Assembly (NCBI GenBank): GCA_030141605.1
Contig: JAQGDQ010000394.1
Coordinates: 152,241 to 216,240, forward strand
Reading direction: 5' to 3'
DNA length: 64,000 nt
DNA from: Tubiluchus corallicola
Lineage: Eukaryota; Animalia; Priapulida
Shown here in pieces: positions 13,001 to 25,000 of this stretch. The position numbers were made by a program, and so were the translations under genes. The number at the start of each line of letters is the position of its first letter. Position 1 is the first letter of the stretch. The notes below the pieces were generated by a model, which saw only the letters and a program-made list of their open reading frames with translations, ran no database searches and was not told where the DNA came from.

Positions 13001-16000
13001 CAATGTGAAAGTTGATTACTAACCTGAAAGCCTACAGTATGACATTTCTACAATGTGAAAGTTCATTACTGACCTGAAAGCCTACAGTATGACATTTCTA
13101 CAATGTGAAAGTTGATTACTGACCTGAAAGCCTACAGTATGACATTTCTACAATGTGAAAGTTGATTACTGACCTGAAAGCCTACAGTATGACATTTCTC
13201 CAATGTGAAAGTTGATTACTGACCTGAAAGCCTACAGTATGACATTTCTACAATGTGAAAGTTGATTACTGACCTGAAAGCCTACAGTATGACATTTCTA
13301 CAATGTGAAAGTTGATTACTAACCTGAAAGCCTACGGTATGACATTTCTACAATGTGAAAGTTGATTATTGACCTGAAAGCCTACAGTATGACATTTCTA
13401 CAATGTGAAAGTTGATTACTGACCTGAAAGCCTACAGTATGACATTTCTACAATGTGAAAGTTGATTACTGACCTGAAAGCCTACAGTATGACATTTCTA
13501 CAATGTGAAAGTTGATTACTGACCTGAAAGCCTACAGTATGACATTTCTACAATGTGAAAGTTGATTACTGACCTGAAAGCCTACAGTATGACATTTCTA
13601 CAATGTGAAAGTTGATTACAAACCTATACTATGCAGAATCTGTTTACAAGCCGAGGAAGCCACATCCACCGGTTTCTTCCCTTGTTTATCACGTGCAAGT
13701 AAACTAACAAGGCTATGAACATGAAGCACTTCCAAACATTCCTGTAAAATGAAACGATTAGATTTTAGATTCCAATTTTAATAAGTGATAACTGATTCCA
13801 CTGATGGATCTGAACCCTATAGTAAAACATTTCAAAAATCATTTTGCTTTTTCATTGAGGTTGATTTTAACAACGATTACCCATTCTGGGATGAGAGTTG
13901 GAGGAAAAAGGGAGGTGATGAAAACTCTGGACTAATGAGGATTTGAAACCAAGACCTAGGATTAGTACTCGGTTTCTCAGATCCCAGATTCAAATCCCGA
14001 CTAGTCTACAATTTTCCAATGTCAGTATCATCAATGCCAATTCAATACCGACGCTGAGAGAGAAAACACATTTCTGAAATTAATGATGAAGGTAAGTGAT
14101 GTGCAAGAGATCAAATGACACCTGCTTACAGAAGATAAGCACAGAAGAGGAGAAGTACCACATTTTCACCTAAATAATATAACTAAATAGAGGTGCTTGG
14201 GATGCTTTTGCAACCATTTCCGGCAGCTGAGGGTTGATGATGTAATAACAGGCACTTGATGGCAAACAAAGAAAAAACAAACAAAAAATAAACAAACAAT
14301 AAACAAACACGAGTCGACTACAAAGAAACAACTGTACGAAAAAAACAAAAACTTGCTTATGAAACAGCGGGTTCACGAAGAAGCAGTGCGGTTGAAAACT
14401 TGGAAAAGAAAAATTTCTTATTGGACCTCTACCAAAATATTCCAGAAACATTAAATGGATAAACTCACCGGTGACTGTTGTAATGCAGCTGCATGCGTCA
14501 GTGTCTGACCCATCTCGTCCACTATGTCCGCCAGGGACGACGGCCCTTTGTCAGGTGAGTAACGAGTGGCAGGAGATTCCGACATTGATACAGATTTCGC
14601 TGATGCTTGCTTGTCCTGGGGCTTCCGGTACGGACTTCGGTATGGAATGAACCTACGCATACGTCATTAACAAATGAATCATTATCGGCAAAAACACATA
14701 ACAAAATACAAGCAACAGTTTCACCAAGTGGTCAGGAAGTAAAAACGATGCTCAAAATCGACACATACGTGACTTGACTCGAACCTCTGACCATGTTAAT
14801 GAAAGCACGGGCATACCTATCCGGAGACTTCCGATTCCAGTGAGAAATAGGATTAAACGTTGACAGCAGTTTTGCTTGTTTAATGAGCAACTCTAAGCAG
14901 TCGGGATGATTCTCCTCTATGGAACAGTGCATGGCAGTGCAACCATTCTGAAATTAAATAAACAATTTTAAATTTTTATATCTTACATTCTCACAACTGC
15001 TACAAAATGACATTAAATTACAAGTTATATGAAAAAATATGCTGCTAAATACATACTAAACATAAAGAGGTAAAAACCATCAAAAGTGAAGAAAACGTCA
15101 CTGTGGAAAAGCTCAGTTTTTAGTATTACCTTAGAGTGAATGTATTGAATGAGGATTGTTTCAATCACATCGTATATTTTAATTTCAGTGGAATCTGAAT
15201 AATAAATTAATCACATTGTATTTAGATGTAGATTCACAAGTCTTTGTCACTGTAGCGTGAACAACAGATTTAAGTAATATCCTGCCATATATGAAAATTA
15301 CCCTTTGCCACTGGTTAAAATAAAACATAAGTAACAATTAAAAGCTAACCACCATAGGTAACAGCTGCTAGTTTTGCGATATGAATTCTTTACATTACAT
15401 CATTACTGTTTACTTGCTGCTTTTCAAAGGTATCTCACATTACTGCTAGTTTTGTGATATAAATTCCTTACATTACATCATTACTGGTTACTTCCCGTTT
15501 TTCAAAGGTATCCCACATTACTGCTAATTTTGTGATATAAATTCCTTACATTACATCATTACTGTTTACTTGCTGTTTTTCAAAGATATCCTATATTGCT
15601 GACAGTTTCGTGATCTGAATTCCCTACATTATGGCATTAGTGTTTCTTTCCTGTTTTTGTATGTTTAGCAAAACTCTCTTCAGACATCTTTATGGAAAAG
15701 ATAAAAACTGCAATTTCGGGACAAGATTCGCAGTGTCACTAAATGAAAGCTTCCTGTAATTAAAGTGACTTTTATTCTTTTCTTGAATTGTATATAATTT
15801 ACATAAAAATAATTAAATACTTTTTTATCATAAAATTTTGCATCACAGTATAAAATGTTCTTGCACATTTAATTTCCGAACACCAATGATCATTCTATGG
15901 TTCTTGACAACATAAACTACATGCAGTCACCTACCTTGTCTCTGACAATGCACACAGCCGGTGCAGCGGACACTAGTAGCTTCACACAATCCACATGTCC

Positions 16001-19000
16001 AGCTGTGGATGCCAGGTGCAGCGCTGTTTTACCGTTTTGATCCTGTATTGTAGCGTCTGCTCCAGCATCAACGAGCAACCGAACGCACCTGAAAAAATCA
16101 CAATGATGTGACTAAGGCCCGGGTCACACAGAGTTGGACATAAAGATTAAACCATAAGGAAAAAAAGTCGCCTTATGAGAAATGAACGTATGCTAAGCAA
16201 TGGTCCCTGTCACACAGATACTCCATCTGTCTTCTTCAACCTAACACAGTTTACCCAGCGTAAGCTATCAGCTAAAATCCTCCTTACAAGCCATTTTGAG
16301 TACTTCATAAGTCACTTTATGGCAAAATGAATTTGGCCAATAATTTCGTTTACCATAAGGCATTTTTAGACAGCGCTATCGAGATAATTAGCTTATTTGC
16401 AGTATTTATAGTGTACAATTCATTTATATCATAAGAATTCATAACACTGATGTACTATGAGCATTAAAAAGCATTTTTAACCCACACATCTTATTTACGA
16501 CTGCCATATTATTACAATATACGAATATGGTACATGTAGGAGGCAGCATACCAGCATATATATATGAAACAATGTTGCAAATTATCCTCCACTTTGCTAA
16601 AAATGGGCCTAAAACAGAGTTCTAAACTTACACACAGTAAACCAAGTCTTTCTAGCATTTAACGTAATGAGCTGCTATTTTCTGTTATGAAAGACACAGC
16701 TTTTCATCGCCATTAAATCTTCACATTTTCTTCTAACAACACCGATCACATTGACCGTGCTGTAACTGAAACACGAAACTTACCTTTCATGTCCATAGAG
16801 GGCAGCAGCATGCAATGCCGTTGTACCAGTTGAAGTATAACAGTTAAGATTCGGTTCTTTCTCAAGCAGAAGTTGTAAAAAAGCTGTAAACAAACAAAGA
16901 AACAGATGGAAGTGACAGTAAACAACGCTTATTATAATAGAAGTAAAACAAACATCTTGAACATTTCCCACACGAGTTTCAGTTCATCGTAGTGATGATG
17001 CTCTTTTAGCCAGCAAAATGCGTGAAGTTTTATTGTAGCAATTAAAAATAGTGCAAAAGTTAAGCAACGTCAAACCTGCAGGGTAAAGGAATGGGAACAC
17101 TGCCAATACCACTACCACTACCACTACTATTACTACTGTTATTATTATTATTATAATTATACTGATAAAATTAATGTTGCAATGTATAAGAATAAATTAT
17201 CATGAGGCAGCAAATGTCTAAACTGTGTTGTTAAGTAGCAACAAATGCAAATTGAATGAAATGATTAAATTTTCTTTTAAGTAATACTGTAAATACTTCT
17301 TTGTTTTAACCAAATTAAGTTATTCTAAAACACATAAAAGCCTGCAAAATGTCCTCACATTCAGCAAAACCCCAGACGGCCCGTAACCCACTGAGGGAGC
17401 TAACAGTACTCCTGCACACCTGCTGTATGCTTGATGGGTGGGCCCTTGTGTCATAATTTATTAAAAAAAGTGTGCAATGTGAACCCATGTTTTAATACAA
17501 AACATAGAAAAAAACGGCCGTGAGCAAAACACTTTTCAAAAGCATACGTTTTAACACAATTAATACTGGAAAAGTGTTTCTGATAATTGAATAATAGATT
17601 AAAATCTTAATTAACAGTGGGCGAGCCCAACTATTGATGACATCACAAATGAACGTAATTTCTAACAGCAAAAAAGTGACAGTGACAGTGAAAGTGACAG
17701 TGGAGGTGACAGTAAACAACGCTTATTATAATAGAAGTAAAACAAACGTCTTGAACATTTCCCACACGAGTTTCAGTTCATCATAGTGATGATGCTCTTT
17801 TAGCCAGCAAAATGCGTGAAGCTTTATTGTAGCAATTAAAAATAGTGCAAAAGTTAAGCAACGTCAATCTAGCAGGGTAAAGGAATGGGAACACTCGAGT
17901 TCAATACTTGTGCTAAGTGGATTTAAAATGCCACACAGCCCATGGATGCATATTAGTTTACTGAGGAATGTATGAATACCCACTGGGGCAGAGACACCTC
18001 CACTGAACCAGTGTCTCACTCTGAATGACAATGAGACATGTCCTGGTCCTGCCACTGCAGAAAATCATTAGAACACTTTATATTGTACTCACCGTCGTGA
18101 CCTTTGCTAGCAGCTATGATAAGTGCAGTTGATTTATCATTTCCAAGTGCAACATCAACATCTACAGTAGATTCATCTAACAGCGATTTTAGTTTATCAG
18201 TATCACCCATATCAGCAGCTAAACACAGAAAATGTTTTGTAAAGTCACCGAAAGATGGAGGTGAAAGAAACAAGATTGATGATAAAAACTTACTTCTGCA
18301 GACAACAGGAACAAAATTATAAGAAAATCATTTAAGCATTTCTTCTTCAGGAGGAAGGTAAATGTATTAGAGGGGTAATATCCCAAATTCACACAGACAC
18401 ACCAACAAGGAAAAGCAGAAAAAGAAAATAAATAAGTTCATATGAAGTCATTTTGCTTTTCTAAGACACATGAAACATACATCATCTTTCGATGTTTGTG
18501 AATGTGACTTTGGCCCAAGAAGCAATCAAGAAGAGAAGCTGATTGTCCGAGGATAAACTCTAGTTTTGGACAAAACCCCATCAAGGCGTAATGTGAACTG
18601 CCTTTTAAGTGACCACAATAATATTGATAATAATACCTAAACTCAATATTAGCAATAATATTGCCAATACTGAATAACTGCAACATTACTGATCATCTAC
18701 ACTCAATACTGAAGTAGAAAATATGTTTCTGCAATACAGTGAGCTCAATGGTTCATGGTACAAGCAAAATAAAATAAAAGGAATCTCTTTTTAGAAGTGA
18801 CAGAAGATTGTTATCGATCTAGAAAACAAAAAGTAATGAAACTGATAACATCGTCAATAACAGCCGCTGCAGAAATACTGGGAACGTAGAAAAATACATC
18901 AAAGTTAAACACAGCTTGGTCAGTTAACAGACAGATGACCACCATAAGTGCTGCATCTGAGCAATTTCGTCAGTCATATACAGTTTGTACGCAGTTTGAG

Positions 19001-22000
19001 AAAGGTGGCTTTGCAAAAATGGTATGTTCCTTTTCAATATTTTAAAGAATAGACTGCGTCTGGTTTTCCTTTACTAGGCAAGAGCTAAACTATATTAAGC
19101 AATCACTCACCAGTAAACAATAATTGTGTAAGTACAGTTGAGCTATTATCATCATCTACACTAGGTGGACCACCTGTAATGATTAAACAATAAGTCACAG
19201 AAAGCAAATAAATTAACGAACAAATCATGCATACCAACACTGTAGAATAATCACATTTGTTAATTGATATCAAAGAACAATTGTGGTATTAAATTAATAA
19301 ATGTAATAAGCTATATGTATAAATCATGTTTAATTAGTTTGCAATTGGTAGAGCATACTTTTAATATGCATTTTGGTAGAAAATACTTTTAATATGCATT
19401 TCTACAACGAATTAATATGCCATAACTGTGAATAAACATTTGCTAGATATTGCATAAGTTCCGAACTAATTCAGTTATTCACACTTACGAAATCTCTGTT
19501 TGCAAAGAAAATAAGTATCACAATTTGATGTGCCAAGTCAAAGGGAAGTGATTATACTGCTGCCATTTGAATTATAACAATTCCATAGAACTGTGATGAC
19601 AAAACAGCATTTTCTGTGCATTTGGGAAAAACAATTAAAAGGTTTGATATGTCATTTGCTTAATTTCAAAAAGCTAGTTATTATTACACAGGATCTATGT
19701 ACTATTTTTAATCACATGTCTGTTACACAATAATTCATGAGTAAACTAAAGGGAAAATGATTTCTCTCTCTCTCAGTATTGGCACATCACAAACATTTTA
19801 CCAATTATGTAGTATTAAAATTGCTTTTACTATTAAAATCGCATTTCAAATTAGCCAAGCAGAAAGCAGGCAGAGAATTTCAAATAAGCAAGGCATTTTT
19901 TTATCACAGAACAACTTAGCACAAAAGTTAAAAAAATGTATGTGAAGTGAAGTTTCAATTGTCAAACATATAATCACATTAACTAAACCTTGAAACTGTT
20001 GATTGCCAATGAGTGTGAAACTGTCTACTCCCTTTTCTCTTCATTAGTTACTGTTGTACCTTCTGCTGTTGTTCACTGTGGGTTCATTTTGACAAACATG
20101 TTCAAGAGAAACTTAGGGTGTCCATACAATAATGGGATTAGGAAACTTAAATGAAATTGCAATGCATCTCAGATGTGTGTAGATTTATCTTTTCCATATT
20201 TCATCCACATACAATGCAGGTGTTATTATCAATTGCTCACAAGAATTATGCAATCTGTGCTGATTGCAAATGACTCTGATGTGCGGGGCATACATCGAAA
20301 TTTTCTTGTTTGTGGGCATCCTCCTCATTTGGTCTGGGTAGTTTTTGATACCTTTTTGTTGTTGCAGAGTTAGTAAAGATAGCATTTTTGTACAGTAGAC
20401 TCATTGTATATATTTAGTAATTCATCTTTTTATTCTATTATAATTATGGTAATTTTAATGCTGAAATAAAAGGATTGAATTCAGTTTGAATTAATCAAAG
20501 TTAATTTAGATTAATAAACTTACTACAATTACAATATTACAATTAACAAACTAATCTCATGATATAATGACTGTTTTCGTTCTCACATTGTTTAACATTG
20601 TAAATTTGCTAACAGGAAGTAGCCCATTGTCTTTAACGAGAGTTTCTCCAAAGCCTTGCTCATTAGAAGTTCTCTGCTGTACTTTATACCGAGTCCAGGC
20701 TTCACTAGTCAATAATGAGTCATTGTGCAAGCAACATTGTGAACAAAAACAGCAGGTGTTCAATTTGACAACATGCAACAAACCCCCAATGATTAGTGTA
20801 GCAGCTCTAATTTCATCAACTATAACAGCATCTGTGCTCTCAATACAAGCTCCGTTAATTACATTCGTCTTAATTTTCAAATTCTTTATTAATGATGGCA
20901 TAAAGCAAAAATGCCAAGTTTAGTCCATCATTAAATTGTCTATTCAATTGTTTCTACACAGTAATAATTAAAAAACAATAAATAAACAAGTCATGCACTA
21001 ACAGTGGTAAACAACAAAGGCAAGTGAACAAAGAAAAGCATTCAGAAACACACAAATCAACATCGGGACACAAAAGTGACTTTATGATGAAGGAAAAATG
21101 TCAAAACTAAAACAACTTTAATAAAGAGACTTTAGCAAATGTGAAAGCTAAAATTCCAGCAAGTTTTACCTAGGAAAAAATAAAAAGATAATGAGAAATT
21201 ACTCATGCACATAGCAATTCAATTGAATCACATCTAGTGCAGCACGGTCATTCCATATCCATGATTAGAGGAAAAATTTAAAAAAAATCGCTATGAAAAA
21301 AGTAGCACGTTTGGTCAGTATGTGTTTCTGAGAAAATGATAATTTAGCTTTCTTACTGCGATGTTTTTATATATAAACATCAAGTTATTTTAGCAGTTTT
21401 TTCTGGAAATAATCCAACATATTAATAAAAATGTTCGAGGGCAACTATTTCTTTACTTTATTTCTTTATTTTATTTCTTTACTAACTGACATAAAATAGG
21501 CAATCTTTTTCCGGTTCGAATGAAATCATTGTCGGTGCTTTCAAAAACTAATCAAAAATGTTACAAATTTCTTGCATAAGAGTACTTTCTTCCTATCAGT
21601 TGACAAAAAAAGGTAAAACTTGGCCATTTTTCAACAATGAACTCGTGACATTGCAACCTTTCCAAAAAAACTGTTAGTTAAAAATTAGTACCGTAACCAC
21701 AAATGTTATTGTGTTAGTAACACATGACAAAGACGACCAGTTAGTGCTAATATTCATTTGTTAGTTGAAAAAAGGATTTTTGGTTAGAACAGTTTGCGAA
21801 ACAGATAACGGGGCAGCTCAGACAGGAGACAGCCTTTTGTTTACCTGTAACCATGGATACCAAAAGTTGCTGCAGGTCGGCTAACTCAGGGCCGAATATG
21901 TCGAGGTTGGCGCCATCACTGTCATCAGTGGCGCCATCACCCACCTGTGTAGACGCTTTCCCCATCACATTGTTCCCGTTTGATTGGTTCGTATTCGGAA

Positions 22001-25000
22001 TGCGAGGCACGGTGGGACCACCCGGGTTTTGTACACCCACTTTTTCCCGTGCACCTGCCGTGCCGGAACCACTTTTTGCCTCGGAAGCCGAATCGGCTAC
22101 TCGTTGAGTCGCCGACTTCAAAACCGGTTTATTGGGAGGTACAGGAGGAGGTGCCCCCCGAGCTGGTCCTGGTACTGATGCTGTTACGGATGGTACTACA
22201 CGGGGTGCTTGACCTGGAACCACTGCTGTTACGGGCACTGCTACATGAGGACTTTGCCCGGTCACCGTTGTCACAGTGGGAGGCGCCACACGAGTAGGAC
22301 CCAGACCAGCAATTCCTGACAGTTCTCTCTGCTTAGGCGGAAGCTCGGGAGGTTTGGGTGAGGCCGTGTTTGACACAGACTTAGCAGCACTGCTTGTAGC
22401 CTGAGGTTTCACACAGGCCGGGCTTGCACTGACTCTGGCCGTACTCGGCGGTATAGTCACCGGCGTGGCCTTACTTGGAATCGGATGGGCCACATAACTC
22501 TTACTCACAACACTCGTCGACCGTGCCGTATTTATCTGATAAACCTGTTTACTCATTGGAGGGCCACTGTGGGACCGTCCCGTTTCCAGCGCACTTGGTA
22601 ACACTTCGCTTAATGGTTTCTGATAACCTTTTGAGGACACGACAGATGAAGAAACACCACTAATTCGTGCACTACCATCTCCCAGTTGTTGAGCTTCCAA
22701 CTGTTGTCGTAAGAGTTCGACCTCGGACTGTAGTTCACCACAAATATCTTCCTGTCGCTCGAGCTTCGCTCGCCATAGTTTCTTCTCTGACTCATACTCT
22801 GACTGTAACTTCTCGTACGACGTCTCCATCCGCAACGACTTTTGACTCTCCTCGACTAGCCCGTCAGCGACATTCTCATATTTTTCTCGCTGTTCTTTCA
22901 GTGCTTGCGTTAGCTCGTCGCATTTCTGCTGCTCGGCCGTTAACCGCTGCGATAGCTCTTTGCGCTCCTGGACGAGCAACACGGCGACACGTTTGTGTTT
23001 CTCGTGTTCCTCCTCCATGACAGTCAGTGTCTTCCGCAACTCCTTCTCTAGTTTGCCGATGCGACGTTTCTGCTTCTCAAGCTAAAGAATAGAAAAAACA
23101 GAGATCATGTACATCTGTAAGAGATATTATGAAAACAAAAGTGAAAATGGCTAAAATTGACCAGTAAGATAGACAGATACAATCGCATAAAATAAAAATA
23201 AAAATCAGCTCAAGGATTTAAAAATGAACTGTGTCTACAAGAGTTGGTTATCAGTAGCATTAACTTTTGAACACGGTTCAAGTCCGTATCTTAATTTAAA
23301 ATAAGTTTCAAAACCTAATCGAATCTCAATTTTTAGCTATTATTTAAACTAGAAATAAAGTCTTATTTGACTCTAATTCATCAAATAGTTTTTTATCAAA
23401 TTATAGCAGATTGATAAGGCACCCGTGACTTTAATGAAAAAATATCACAGATGACCTGTGTGAACAGCGTGCCACATAGTTGACTGTAATCCTAAAATAG
23501 TAGAAACCGTGATTTAGTTCGTCAAAAGTAATACAAGAAATCTTAGCACTTTTATTGAAACTAGCAGTTGAGAGCCTTCGTGAGGTGGACAGGCATTTAA
23601 GCTTAATATAGCGACATTTGCTTATCTCAACTGGGACAAAATTTTCAAAAAAGGCAGCGATTTAAGTGATTGAAAAGCGTAAAAGTAAAGCGCAGGAAAG
23701 CGATATAGAATTTCAGCAAACTGAAAGGAATTGAAGCTGTGATTGGGATTCGGTTTCGATTTCGAAGCTCAGATTGGGATTCGGTTTCGATTTCGAAGCT
23801 CAGATTGGGATTCGGTTTCGATTTCGAAGCTCAGATTGGGATTCGGTTTCGATTTCGAAGCTCAGATTGGGATTCGGTTTCGATTTCGAAGCTCACATTG
23901 GGATTCGGTTTCGGTTTCGAAGCTCACATTGGGATTCGGTTTCGGTTTCGAAGCTCAGATTGCGATTCGGTTTCGATTTCGAAGCTCTGCTTGAGATTCG
24001 GTTTCGATTTCGAAGCTCAGATTGGGATTCGGTTTCGGTTTCGAAGCTCAGATTGGGATTCGGTTTCGAAGCTCGTGTTCTAGCGGAGCTTCATGACATG
24101 GTCCATAACTTCACTAAATGTCTGTTTTCTCCATATCAAAATAAACTTAATCACCCATAGAATTAAAAGGAGAGTTTTGAAAGGAAACAAAAGCAGTTTT
24201 GAATGTTAATAATGGATTATGCATGTAATTTTTTTTCCAATTCATACAAGATCTGAACAGTTACGAATGCAGAGACAGCAGTAATTGCATAGTTCAGCCA
24301 AACTGTAGCTCTTTATGAGAAACATTACTTGCTCGAGTGTTCCCAATATGCAGTCAGTAGAACGAACCTTAAGGAACAACTAATTCAGCTGCATCAACAC
24401 GATATTTTCCAATTTAATTTAACTTGAGAAAACTCTCTAGTCTGAAAGTGCCATTAAGAAATTATAAATTGGCAGCTGTCCAGAAAAAACTTGCAAAACG
24501 AACTCTTTGAATCTATAGAGATGAGCAGCTACGAGTGAGTTTAACAGCTAGTTGAATGAGCAATTAACTTAAACACACAGAAGCACGTGTCTGTTTTACA
24601 ATACGAGTCGAATCAAACGTGGATAACAAAAGGGTCAATGTGACCGTCGGTGATAACAAAAGCAACGTCACTTAGATCAGCTGCAGTTTTTTTTACTAAA
24701 TCAGCAAACTTTGGACGCTCGTGTAACTAGAGAATGAGCTGCGGGCAACAATATAAAAAGCTCCGTGCCATTAATATTGATTTAACATGAAATGTCAATA
24801 GAGAAGAGTGCAGAGAGAAACGTTTGCAGCCACGTTGGCACACTGAATGGGTCATGGCAGAGGACGCAAGTTGCGAGAAATGGAGTTTGCAAATTAGAAG
24901 GAGTGGAGAGTCAAAAAGCTCAAAATGTGCTTTTAAGCGTATAAGCACCTGGTAGTCATGGCAACGTAAAGGAAGCAGCAGGAAATTGGCCAAAACATCT

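Noticed and set aside
11676-13623. CRISPR-like array (also considered for 47221-48383 and 33557-34286)
   Set aside because: Units are contiguous with no unique spacers, there are no cas genes, and the context is eukaryotic.
14170-14255. Possible extra CTTNBP2 exon
   Set aside because: Stop codon in the required phase 0; exons 11 and 12 already join to complete an ankyrin repeat.
20557-20923. Opposed 114- and 118-aa ORFs in intron 5
   Set aside because: No recognisable motif or supporting splice structure; likely chance.
21853-23020. Several plus-strand ORFs
   Set aside because: Antisense shadows of the GC-richer CTTNBP2 exon 5.
23739-24160. Repetitive ORFs (GFGFDFEAQIGIRFRF...)
   Set aside because: Artefacts of the 31-bp array; open in all three frames.
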